Assembly (NCBI GenBank): GCA_049515915.1
Contig: JBEKTP010000003.1
Span: 735-64,734, forward strand
Length of the DNA stretch: 64,000 nucleotides
Direction: 5' to 3'
DNA from: Patescibacteria group bacterium
Lineage (GTDB): Bacteria > Patescibacteriota > UBA1384 > UBA12157 > JAENIV01
Part shown: piece by piece, positions 11,270-20,152 of the stretch
Layout of the letters: each line of letters starts with the position of its first letter
Position numbering within the stretch: the stretch's first letter is position 1
Position numbers and translations under genes: made by a program
Notes under the pieces: generated by a model
Told to the model about the DNA's origin: nothing
The model's database searches: none
Seen by the model: only the letters and a program-made list of their open reading frames with translations

Positions 11270-12100
11270 TTTGAAATGCAAACCCAACTCTGCATCCGTA
11301 ACCGGCGTGGCCCCATCAGCGGCCGCAGACTCCTCGCTAGTTTCGCCTTTCGGCGGGATGTTGAAGATCTCCGCGCCGAGCTTGATACTCTTGACTCTGG
11401 CGATGGCTCGAGGATCAAATCGAAAGCTGTTGACCAGGTTGCAGACCCTCTCTTCGGTGGGATTTTCGAGCTCGAGGAGAGCCTCGATGAACGCCTTGTA
11501 GGTTTGGTCGACGATTACATCGTAGCTTTCTGGCGGTATCGCCCAGAAATTGTCAAAGCTGGAGTCGGGGATGAAGCTCGTCACAGTAGAGGCAACGGCC
11601 CCGCCTTTCTCCGGTGCCAGAGCCAGCGGCTTCAGCGGAAGGGCTTTCTCGCGTTTGGTGCGCACGGCGCCGTAGAAGAACATATTGCCATCGATGTTGG
11701 CCGACTTGCCCGGTTCGAGGTAGATCCAGGTCTTTCCGAGGATCAACCAGCCTGGGCCATAAGCCCTTCCCCAATGTTCCTCGGGCTCGGGTGCTGTGAA
11801 CCAGCCGAACAGCCGACCCAAAAGGGGGAGGACCGTTGCCGTCAACGCGAAGACGATGGTGAGAGAGCGTGATTTCTCATGATTGGTGGGTAGTGTGAAT
11901 GTTGCTAACAAGCATACGACAGCAAGAGCTAGGACGATCACAGAGACACTAATGGCGGTGTTTGTGATCACACACAGTGCCATGTCGTTGTGGCCCGGCA
12001 CTTTTCCCCTTAGGGTGGTTCTCCCATGGATTTCGCGCATCAGATAGATGCTGACGACAGCGAGAACCAAGACAGTCAGACAAAAGGCGACTTCGGACAT
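11267..12100 (-). CDS. Hypothetical three-TM membrane protein (GC-rich unit), probable distant paralog of 9463-10242
   Basis: AAAGGAG SD before MSEVAF and three hydrophobic helices. Confidence 0.75.
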   Translation of the reverse strand: MSEVAFCLTVLVLAVVSIYLMREIHGRTTLRGKVPGHNDMALCVITNTAISVSVIVLALAVVCLLATFTLPTNHEKSRSLTIVFALTATVLPLLGRLFGWFTAPEPEEHWGRAYGPGWLILGKTWIYLEPGKSANIDGNMFFYGAVRTKREKALPLKPLALAPEKGGAVASTVTSFIPDSSFDNFWAIPPESYDVIVDQTYKAFIEALLELENPTEERVCNLVNSFRFDPRAIARVKSIKLGAEIFNIPPKGETSEESAAADGATPVTDAELGLHFK

Positions 12101-12240
12101 CGCGGCTCTCCTTTGCTTGCCGGGGTTGTATGGGGCGGTATGGCCCGCCGGCAAGACAAGGAATGGGGCGAAACGCTCCGACGGAGCTTGAGCCGATTAT
12201 ATCTCGAGAACGTTTAAATGTAAATAGTATTTAATATCGT

Positions 12241-12489
12241 TTATACCAAAAGATGGAAGGCGGAAGGATTGAAGACGTAGTAAGTTCGATAATCGGTTTC
12301 TTTGGCTTTCAAAAAATGATGCTTGGCGAAATTGCGGCAATAATATTGCGTCGCGCCAATGGACCAGCCTAATTCTTTGGCCACTTCCGCTTGGTAAAAC
12401 TCTTTTTTTTCTTCGCAAAATCGCAAAAACTGGGCTTTCTTTTTGCCAAAGAGAAATTCAAATTGGCCGGTGTCTTTAATCTTGATCAT
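12241..12489 (-). CDS. Winged helix-turn-helix transcriptional regulator
   Basis: QAEVAKELGWSIGATQYY HTH followed by a beta wing. AAGGAG SD. Confidence 0.75.
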   Translation of the reverse strand: MIKIKDTGQFEFLFGKKKAQFLRFCEEKKEFYQAEVAKELGWSIGATQYYCRNFAKHHFLKAKETDYRTYYVFNPSAFHLLV

Positions 12490-12575
12490 TTTGCTCCTTG
12501 TAAGTTCGATTAAAAATTAATCTATGTCGTTAGATTTATAATATCGTGAGATCAAAAAAATAGCAAATCAATATT

Positions 12576-12902
12576 CTAAGCAAAATCGGGCAGGTGAATT
12601 TTATGCTTGTCGATTACATGGCCTTCATTGGCAAGCAATTTTTCTTTGGCCTTGATTCCCTTGGCATATTCGCCGACAAAATTATCGGAACGAATGACGC
12701 GATGGCAGGGAACCGGTTCGAATTCTTTCATTGGTAGCTGCCAATTTTTAGCACGATAATTACGATTCAAAATTGAACCGACGGCACGGTAGGCCTGAGG
12801 GCTTCCGGCTTTTTTAGCGACTTGAGAATAAGTCATGACTTTACCTTTAGGAATCTGCGCTACAATATTGAGAACTTTACGCGAAAAATCTTTTTTAAGC
12901 AT
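12576..12902 (-). CDS. MGMT-family O6-alkylguanine DNA alkyltransferase
   Basis: IPKGKVMTY, RAVG and PCHRV motifs. Confidence 0.93.
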   Translation of the reverse strand: MLKKDFSRKVLNIVAQIPKGKVMTYSQVAKKAGSPQAYRAVGSILNRNYRAKNWQLPMKEFEPVPCHRVIRSDNFVGEYAKGIKAKEKLLANEGHVIDKHKIHLPDFA

Positions 12903-12960
12903 GGCACTTTCAATATAGGCTTCCGAAATAAGTTGTCAATTAAACGAAATCGACTCCGCC

Positions 12961-13398
12961 TCAGAAAGGCGGAGTCGTCGATAGACCCAGTCGGTTACTG
13001 GGGAAGAAATAAGTACACCGATTCAGCCGGAACGGCTGAGGGTGATCGATGCGGGTGTACCGGGGAACGCCGCTGAAATCGAGCGCCCCGATTTCCCCCG
13101 GACCTTTGTGGATGCCACCGCCCCAGTTGAGATCAGTGCTGGTAAACCAGCACCAGAAAGCTCCGATGGTGGCCATGATGGTTCCGGTAATCCAGCCGTC
13201 CGGCGTGCCTTGTCCCAGTATGGGAGAGATCAGAGCCACTAAGAAGCTGACCGAACAGCCTACCACGGCACAGATTTCATCCCGCCGGCTTGGTCGCGGC
13301 CTGATGGGAAGCATCAAGTAGCAGTAGGCAAGCAGCCACCGCCAGTACAAAGCGATGGCGGCCGCGATGATCGCAACCAGCCAGAGTAACCAGAGCAT
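12961..13398 (-). CDS. Hypothetical three-TM membrane protein (GC-rich unit)
   Basis: AAGGAGAGG SD before MLWLLW. The stop lies in a CGACTCCGCC/GGCGGAGTCG hairpin. Confidence 0.7.
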   Translation of the reverse strand: MLWLLWLVAIIAAAIALYWRWLLAYCYLMLPIRPRPSRRDEICAVVGCSVSFLVALISPILGQGTPDGWITGTIMATIGAFWCWFTSTDLNWGGGIHKGPGEIGALDFSGVPRYTRIDHPQPFRLNRCTYFFPSNRLGLSTTPPF

Positions 13399-13505
13399 CA
13401 GCGCCTCTCCTTTCTTGGTTCGACCTTTCACTTCAAGATCACGGCATAATCAAAATTATACTTGGTAGAAGAGATCAAGTCAACTCATACCAAAGGTTTA
13501 AGGTT

Positions 13506-14021
13506 TTAGGCCGCCGCGCCGGCGACGCCCGAAGGAATCTCAACGTCATCCATAAAAATAATCGCATTTTTTTCAATTCGGACGACTTTTTCGGCCGGAT
13601 AAATGCGCGCTTTCAAAACTAAATCTTTAAGATAATATTTGATGACACAGTTTGTTTCAGTCTCGATTAAGAAATTTTCAATGCTACCCAAATTTTTGCC
13701 CGATTCGGTTTTGGCTTTGAGACCGAAAAGATCAAAATCTTGGGTTAAAACTTCCTTTATTCGGACGATATCGATAGGGTTAATCAGATTGTTAGGCGAT
13801 TCGGTGACAAGGCCATTTCTATCCCAATCGCGGATGTCGACGGAGGAAATAACTTTTTTAGGAGAAAAAATTCCGCCGGCGCTCACTAAAAATCCTAAGA
13901 CAGAACCGCTCTCTGGGTCAACGAGAATTTTGCGAATTTCGGCAATTTTCGATTGCGTGTCGAGGGCGGCAATCGGAAGCCCGATTAAGTTTTTGGCTTC
14001 AATAAACATAACTGATTTCAT
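13506..14021 (-). CDS. PRC-barrel domain protein
   Basis: Two PRC-like repeats (LIGLPI...KIAEI..ILVD and TESGKNLGSIENFLI). Confidence 0.85.
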   Translation of the reverse strand: MKSVMFIEAKNLIGLPIAALDTQSKIAEIRKILVDPESGSVLGFLVSAGGIFSPKKVISSVDIRDWDRNGLVTESPNNLINPIDIVRIKEVLTQDFDLFGLKAKTESGKNLGSIENFLIETETNCVIKYYLKDLVLKARIYPAEKVVRIEKNAIIFMDDVEIPSGVAGAAA

Positions 14022-14415
14022 TGTATGAAATTAGAACTAAAAACGCAAAACTAAAAACTTAAAATTGAAGCTCGAAAGAAATTAACATCTTGATAAGTCG
14101 GTGATAATATGATATATTCAGAAAAGGTTAGGGCCATTGCAATCTGGTGGAAAAGGGAGTCGCCTATGAGGAGTTGGTGATGTCGCTATCGTTGGGGCAA
14201 AGTTTTATGTAGGACGGCGATATCGCCGCGGTCACCTTACGGGAGGTGAAGAAAGTGCACCACAATGGTGTACGACGCCCGCGTCCGCAGGCCAAGGGAG
14301 CCTGGCAGGGCGACCATTCCTTGTTCGGCGTAGTTGTGTCCAATCCGAGTTTATCGAGTCACGACTCACAGAGTCCAGGGTATGTATTACCTGGACTCAT
14401 TTTTTATTAGAACAT

Positions 14416-14973
14416 TTAAGCTCTCGCCACATATTCGCCGGTACGAGTATCGAGAACAATTTTATCGCCCTCTTTGATAAATAAAGGTACTTGGATTTGA
14501 GCGCCGCTCTCCAGCGTGGCCGGTTTGGTCACTGTCGAGGTGGTGTTACCCTTAAATCCTGGTTCAGTGTAAGTTACTTCGAGAGCAATTTTTATTGGTA
14601 AATTGATATTGATTGGCTGATTATCAAAATACAAAATATCGACATCGCTGCCCTCTTTTAAATAGCGAGAGACATCGCCAAGTTGGTTTTTGGTAAGTGA
14701 AAACTGTTCGAAATTATTCGAATCCATAAAATAATAACTGTTGCTATCTTTATAGAGATATTGGGCTTTTTTGGTTTCAAGTTCGGCTTCTTCGAGCTTT
14801 TCGGCGCCGGCAAAAGTTTTTTCGATAATCGTGCCGGAAATTAAATTACGCATTTTCGTGCGCATAATTCCACCCCCGCGGCCGAGTTTGGAATGCTGGG
14901 CAAAAATAACGGTGTAAGGCGTGCCGTCAAAATTAACTTTAATACCAACTTTTAGATCGTTGATAGTTAACAT
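14416..14973 (-). CDS. efp: Elongation factor P
   Basis: KLGRGG, PGFKGNT, KPATLESG and VPLFI motifs. Confidence 0.98.
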   Translation of the reverse strand: MLTINDLKVGIKVNFDGTPYTVIFAQHSKLGRGGGIMRTKMRNLISGTIIEKTFAGAEKLEEAELETKKAQYLYKDSNSYYFMDSNNFEQFSLTKNQLGDVSRYLKEGSDVDILYFDNQPININLPIKIALEVTYTEPGFKGNTTSTVTKPATLESGAQIQVPLFIKEGDKIVLDTRTGEYVARA

Positions 14974-15041
14974 AATATTTGCTATAAATTACAAAAAAGA
15001 TGATACGAAATACAATTTTTTGTACTTTTGTAGTCCAATGT

Positions 15042-15284
15042 TTATCTTTTAACGTAGGGAATCAGGGCCATGAATCGCGCTCTTTTCATCGCGTCGGTGA
15101 GGATGCGCTGGTGGCGCGAGCAGGTGCCGGTATCGCGGCCAGCTTTGATTTTGCCCCAGCTCGATAGATATTTCGAAAGGAGTCCACTATCTTTAAAATC
15201 AATATATTGGACTTTTTTGCGGCAAAAATTGCATTTTTTACGGCCGATGCCGAACGGTCTTCGATTGTTCTGGGGTCGTGGCAT
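15042..15284 (-). CDS. rpsR: 30S ribosomal protein S18
   Basis: CNFC...IDFKD...GKI...TGTC.RHQR...KRAR.MALIPY. Confidence 0.98.
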   Translation of the reverse strand: MPRPQNNRRPFGIGRKKCNFCRKKVQYIDFKDSGLLSKYLSSWGKIKAGRDTGTCSRHQRILTDAMKRARFMALIPYVKR

Positions 15285-15350
15285 ATATTTCCTTAGGTTG
15301 ATATATATAACAATTATAGATTCGGAATTTGTTCGATGTCTCTATAACTT

Positions 15351-15875
15351 CTAAAATGGGATTTCGTCTAAATTAATTTCGTCATCGGCGGTGTCTGCTT
15401 TAGTTTCATTGGGGGATTTATCAGATTTTTTTTCTTTTGAGGCCGGTTTATCCTGAGTATCCTTGAGAGACTTTTCTTCTTTTTTCTCTTGACTGGGAAA
15501 TTCTTCGGGGCCTGGAACAGCATCAACATCGGCCGGGGTGGCGCCTTTTGGCGTGAAAACGATGAAATCTTCCATGACAATTTCGGTACGGTTGCGCTGA
15601 TTGCCGTCTTGGCCTTCCCATTGTCGGGTTTGCAGACGTCCTTCGAGGTAGATTTTGGTGCCTTTGTGAACGAGCTGACTCATCAGTTCCGCCAATTTTC
15701 CCCAAGCAACAATGTTATGAAATTCGGCTTGTTCTTGATTGTTGCCGTCTTTGTCGCGCCAGCGACGGTTAGTGGCGACGCCGAAACTGCAGACGGCTTG
15801 GCCGTTAGGGGTGTATCGCATTTCCGGATCGCGGGTGGCGTTACCGACAATTTGGGCTCGATTAAGACTAAACAT
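15351..15875 (-). CDS. ssb: Single-stranded DNA-binding protein
   Basis: LNRAQIVGN.TRDPEMRYT and a DEIPF tail, in rpsF-ssb-rpsR order. Confidence 0.98.
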   Translation of the reverse strand: MFSLNRAQIVGNATRDPEMRYTPNGQAVCSFGVATNRRWRDKDGNNQEQAEFHNIVAWGKLAELMSQLVHKGTKIYLEGRLQTRQWEGQDGNQRNRTEIVMEDFIVFTPKGATPADVDAVPGPEEFPSQEKKEEKSLKDTQDKPASKEKKSDKSPNETKADTADDEINLDEIPF

Positions 15876-15963
15876 AGCAGCCTCCCGGCGTTTATAGATT
15901 TATAGCACTATATTATAGATTCCATATTGCCATAATACTATCTTACTTACTATAAGCGCTTAT

Positions 15964-16599
15964 CTACTCTTTTAATAATTCATCCAATTTTTTGTCCAAG
16001 GCCTTGAGTCGCTCTTCGGTCGAAACTTCTTTATCCCGAGCGACGTCGAGAGATTCTTCTTTTGGTTCGGCGACGGGTTTTTCTATTTTGGGCTTCGATG
16101 GTTTTTTGACCGTTTCTTTTTTGGGCTTTTCTTTTGATGGCTCGGGAGTTTCTTGAATTTTTGGCGCTTCTTTTTCTTTAGTCACGGCTTTGATTTCTGT
16201 TTCAGCGGGTTTAGCCAGTGCGCTGACGGCGGGCTCAATCATCGCTTTTTCTTCAGGGATCATGATTTCTTCTGGTTTTGGTTCAGTGATCGCTTTGGTT
16301 TCGACTTTGGCCGGCTTTGGCGCTTCTATTTGAGCCGCTTTTACGATAATAATTAAATGTCTTAAAATTTCACCTTTTAGGCTCAGTTTTTTATTCAGTT
16401 CCATCACTTTTTCCGGCGCCATTGTAAACTTGACGGCGGTGTAGTAGCCGGCCGTTTCTTTCTTAATTGAAAAAGCTAATTGCTTTTGGCCTAAACCATT
16501 GACTTCGGAAATTTTTCCGTCGAGGGCTTCAATTTCTTTTTTGACGGGTTCCTCTTTGAGGTCTTCTTTGGTAATAAAGGTGATTTCGTATTTATTCAT
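15964..16599 (-). CDS. rpsF: 30S ribosomal protein S6 with long charged C-terminal extension
   Basis: YEITFI, G.KQLAF.IKK and ILRHLII motifs, plus operon position. Confidence 0.93.
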   Translation of the reverse strand: MNKYEITFITKEDLKEEPVKKEIEALDGKISEVNGLGQKQLAFSIKKETAGYYTAVKFTMAPEKVMELNKKLSLKGEILRHLIIIVKAAQIEAPKPAKVETKAITEPKPEEIMIPEEKAMIEPAVSALAKPAETEIKAVTKEKEAPKIQETPEPSKEKPKKETVKKPSKPKIEKPVAEPKEESLDVARDKEVSTEERLKALDKKLDELLKE

Positions 16600-16643
16600 T
16601 GCTTAATTAATTTTAGCATACCATATCTTATTTGACAATAGGT

Positions 16644-17501
16644 TTAGACATTGAACTTAAAGAGTACAATGTCATCTTCTTGCATCACGTAATCCTTGCC
16701 TTGAGTTTTGACGAGGCCTTTTTCGCGGGCTTCCTGCCAGCCGGCGGCATCGATCAAATCGATATAGTGGCAAACATCGGCGGCAATGAAACCGCGTTGC
16801 ATATCGGTGTGGACTTTACCGGCCGCCTGTGGGGCTTTGGAATCTTGCAAAATCGCCCAAGCTTGAACCTGTTTATGGGGGATTAAAGTATAAAAAGTGA
16901 TGAGATTTAATAATTTGTAGGATTCTTTAATTAAGCGGACTAAGCTTGATTGGGCCAGCCCGAAAGATTCTAAATATTGTTTAGCCTCGTTTTCAGAAAG
17001 GTCAGTCAGTTCTTCTTCCATTTTGGCAGAGATTATAATAGTATTTTCTAAATCTTGAGATTTATTTAAGCTCTCTTCTTTGACATTTAAAACATAAAGC
17101 ATTGGTTTTTTAATTTCCGCCAATTCCAGTTCGATGTTAATAATTTCTTTGGCGTTTTCTGGATCGGAATCTTTAGAAAAGCCGTCTAAAACATGGATGA
17201 TCGCATCAACTTCGCGGATATGACTTAAAAATTGATTGCCCAAACCTTCGCCTTGATGAGCGTTTTTAACGAGGCCGGCAATGTCAATAAATTTAATGGT
17301 AGCCGGGATTTTTTTAGGTAATTTCAATATTGCCGCGATCTTATCTAATCTCTCATCCGGTACTTCCACCATGCCCACATTTGGTTCAATCGTGGTAAAC
17401 GGATAATCGGCCACCTTGGCTTGATGACCTTTAACTAAAGCATTAAATAAAGTTGATTTGCCGACGTTTGGCAGACCGACTATGCCGATACTTAAACTCA
17501 A
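16644..17501 (-). CDS. ychF: Redox-regulated ATPase YchF, internally shortened
   Basis: GIVGLPNVGKST, YPFTTIEPN, DIAGLV, GEGLGNQFL and a TGS-like C-terminus. Confidence 0.95.
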   Translation of the reverse strand: MSLSIGIVGLPNVGKSTLFNALVKGHQAKVADYPFTTIEPNVGMVEVPDERLDKIAAILKLPKKIPATIKFIDIAGLVKNAHQGEGLGNQFLSHIREVDAIIHVLDGFSKDSDPENAKEIINIELELAEIKKPMLYVLNVKEESLNKSQDLENTIIISAKMEEELTDLSENEAKQYLESFGLAQSSLVRLIKESYKLLNLITFYTLIPHKQVQAWAILQDSKAPQAAGKVHTDMQRGFIAADVCHYIDLIDAAGWQEAREKGLVKTQGKDYVMQEDDIVLFKFNV

Positions 17502-17552
17502 TTTACTCCTTTAACTATTGACAAATAGTAAACCGCTTGTTACGGTATAAAT

Positions 17553-17618
17553 GACAAGTAAATCCTTGTGCGTGGGCTTCCGGAATGGTTGCTCGTAAAT
17601 AGCGCACAAGGTTTTGTT
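17553..17618. ncRNA. Candidate DUF3800-associated structured RNA
   Basis: CCTTGTGCG (17564-17572) pairs with CGCACAAGG (17603-17611), abutting the DUF3800 stop. A plus-strand TTGACA lies at 17518. Confidence 0.5.
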
Positions 17619-18255
17619 ATTTAAAAAGACTGTTTTCCTCAAAAACTAAATTTTTAAATATCTCGTAATATGACAGATCGTTGTACTCATATTTTCTAAA
17701 AATCGACCAGCTTATAAAATCAACGGCTTGTAAAGATTTTTCTTCAAAAGGTGTTTTGATATCGACTTCAATATCCAAATTGTGATTGTTTTTAATTTGA
17801 TCCTTGAGGTAATTTTTAAAATTTAAATTTAGAAATTTATTTGTTTCTTTGCGAGAAGCAACTAAATTAATTTCTTTAGTAAAATCGATTAATTTTTTTG
17901 AACAAATTCTGTCTAATAGGATATTTGTGACATAGTTATATAAGACATCTTTTTGGTTTTGGAGTTTGGTATAAACTTTGCTCTTGTTAAGATAAATTGC
18001 CAAAATTTTGATCTCTTTTTGAGCAAGCTGCTTGAGTAATCTTTTGCGCGTTATCGGTTTTTCGTGAAAGCAATGAAGTACTCCGCCTTTTTGTTTATGC
18101 TTCTTTTTAAGAGCCGAATGTATTTTTTTGACTATTTTTTCAATCGGACGCTTATTTTGGGCAAATAGAAATGTGATAATAAAGAATTTAGAAGTTCGTT
18201 TCTTACGAAAATCAAAACCAAGATCGCCGCTTTCATCAAGAAAAATATATGACAT
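17617..18255 (-). CDS. DUF3800 domain protein
   Basis: YIFLDESGDLG N-terminus and LQAVDFISW C-terminal motif. Very AT-rich. Confidence 0.9.
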   Translation of the reverse strand: MSYIFLDESGDLGFDFRKKRTSKFFIITFLFAQNKRPIEKIVKKIHSALKKKHKQKGGVLHCFHEKPITRKRLLKQLAQKEIKILAIYLNKSKVYTKLQNQKDVLYNYVTNILLDRICSKKLIDFTKEINLVASRKETNKFLNLNFKNYLKDQIKNNHNLDIEVDIKTPFEEKSLQAVDFISWSIFRKYEYNDLSYYEIFKNLVFEENSLFK

Positions 18256-18365
18256 AGGTCAATTATACCTGAAATAACTTCTCAGTTAAAGATGTTGTCA
18301 TATTGACGATGCAGTTTTATAGTGGTATATTATTATGTTCTGACAACGAAAGGAGGTACGGTTTA

Positions 18366-18632
18366 ATGGATTGGAACCCAGCTGCGCAATATCGTGAGTC
18401 GCTCGGGGAATGGGCGGATGCTAACGCAGGTTCCGCTGATGTCCCCACGCGAAACGCCGTGGAAAAAGTCCGTGAGGTTCTCTGCATCGAAGATGATCAG
18501 CGGTTTCTGGTGGAAGCACGGGTCGCTTTCAGCATCTTCCTTACAGACACCAATCCATTCGCGAAGGAACGAACCCCGCTCGACGAGCTACATAGTATCG
18601 TCTGCGGTATCAGCGAGACCCTGATGTGGTAG
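18366..18632 (+). CDS. Hypothetical protein (GC-rich unit)
   Basis: TTGACG-17-TATATT promoter, AAGGAGGT SD and a GGGTGGG/CCCACCC terminator near 18675-18707. Confidence 0.75.
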   Translation: MDWNPAAQYRESLGEWADANAGSADVPTRNAVEKVREVLCIEDDQRFLVEARVAFSIFLTDTNPFAKERTPLDELHSIVCGISETLMW

Positions 18633-18838
18633 GGGTCTCTGTCTGATAATGAGTTCCGATCATTTCCCGTCCGGGGTGGGTAAAGAAGTAGCCCACCCTA
18701 TTTTTTTGCCCAAATCATACTACAAAATAAATAAAAAATTAAAGATTAAAAATAAAAAAAGTTTGGCAGGATTGATTTCTATCCTGGTTTTATATATAAA
18801 GGGTTTAGTTTCCGATCGGATTCCAGAAAGGAAGGGAT

Positions 18839-19207
18839 ATGGTGGTTAACTGGATTTTGCCGTTAGCGGCCATATTGGCGCTGGCCAGCACTAAACGGCG
18901 GGCGCCGAAGACGCAACCGCTACCCCCCGATTACCACGTGCATCCGGACGAGCCCGAGGACTTTACCATCCTCACGATGGTGATGCGAACGGATGCTGAC
19001 TGGACAAGAGACGAGATCTTCCAAGTCTGCCGGTTGATCGCGCCCAAAAGCGTCAGCCGTCATCCGGACCATCCTCGCGTTCTGTTCTTGCCGGGACGCG
19101 GCTATCAGCGCGAGCTGATTACGGCTGTGCTCGGCCACGAGCACTTCGATCTGGACGAAGTGGCCAAGGGAGATCCGGCTCTGCCCTTCCTGGCCATTTT
19201 TGTCTAG
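18839..19207 (+). CDS. Hypothetical protein with N-terminal hydrophobic segment (GC-rich unit)
   Basis: AAGGAAGGG SD and an AAGGCGGCG/CGCCGCCTT terminator. Confidence 0.7.
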   Translation: MVVNWILPLAAILALASTKRRAPKTQPLPPDYHVHPDEPEDFTILTMVMRTDADWTRDEIFQVCRLIAPKSVSRHPDHPRVLFLPGRGYQRELITAVLGHEHFDLDEVAKGDPALPFLAIFV

Positions 19208-19330
19208 CTGGCTTCGCCAGTGTTGACATCAAGGCGGCGGTCTCATCGCCGCCTTTCTCTTATATTTATAAAAGGAAGGGCGGCAGGACTTCTGTCCTGC
19301 CGCCGTTATAATCTGGGCGAGAAACGCTGG

Positions 19331-19828
19331 TTAGGCAGTGGCCATCTCTGGGATCATGGCATCCACGGCTCGCATCACCGCCGCGGCGGTCTGATCGCTG
19401 ACTCTGAGTGGCGCTCGGAGCTCGGGCGCGGCGCGGAAGATGTCTCTGAGAGTAAGGACGAGCTCGCCGTAGTATGGCCTTTCTCGGAGGTCGCAGTCGA
19501 CGCTGAAAGTGGCGACGGGCTCTTTCCAGCAAAGTGTGAACAACCGTTCGTACTTTGGATGGCCGAGCCCGAGCTTGGCCAGCTCGCTGAAGATGACGAA
19601 CTGGTGTGGCTCGACGAGCAAGACGAGTCGCAGGTTGGTCACCTCGAGCTTCTTGTACAGCCGGAAGCCGCCGGTATTATACAGTGGCGCAAACTCCATT
19701 TTCTCCGTCGGCGAACCCGTGATGGCGAACACGACAGAAGTCGTCAGCTTCTCGAGGTCGCTCGCGTCAACCTCTTTCCCCAGAATTGGAATCAAGGCAC
19801 GGCAAACTGATTTGATCCCAACTTTCAT
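19331..19828 (-). CDS. Hypothetical protein (GC-rich unit)
   Basis: AGGAG SD before MKVGIK and a GGCGGCAGGAC/GTCCTGCCGCC terminator near 19280. Confidence 0.7.
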   Translation of the reverse strand: MKVGIKSVCRALIPILGKEVDASDLEKLTTSVVFAITGSPTEKMEFAPLYNTGGFRLYKKLEVTNLRLVLLVEPHQFVIFSELAKLGLGHPKYERLFTLCWKEPVATFSVDCDLRERPYYGELVLTLRDIFRAAPELRAPLRVSDQTAAAVMRAVDAMIPEMATA

Positions 19829-20152
19829 CTGTCTCTCTCCTCGCCTTAAAATGTTCGGCACAGTCAAATCTAGCTTTATATTGATTAGTCAACAACCACT
19901 TGTAAAGACCCCTTTCAAAAAATAGGGAACCAATAAGTATTGAGCAACGACGGCGGTTTGGAGCACACACTGACAAGGGCGGATCGAACGCGCTGAAAGC
20001 GCTTTCGGCCGCCAAGAAAGTTTCGGCGAAAGCCGAGCAGGACTCGGGTGGGTGATGTATTGCCCGCCTTTTTTGTTAGAAAGTCGCCGGGGAATTGACA
20101 GAAGGTAAATCATATTATATAGTGCAACTAATCTGAACTGGTGAGGTGATTC

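Noticed and set aside
10106-11872. Long plus-strand ORFs 10106-10924 and 11240-11872 (likewise 19220-19810, 19889-20470 and 33959-34456)
   Set aside because: They are antisense shadows of GC-rich or Pro-rich genes. SD, promoter and terminator all support the opposite strand.
14240-14400. RNase P RNA (GAAGAAAGTGC resembles GAGGAAAGTCC)
   Set aside because: There is no matching 3' P4 strand or terminal helix.
19965-20045. Hammerhead ribozyme (CTGACAAG...GAAA)
   Set aside because: The core deviates from CUGANGA, and there is no UH cleavage site or stem I closure.
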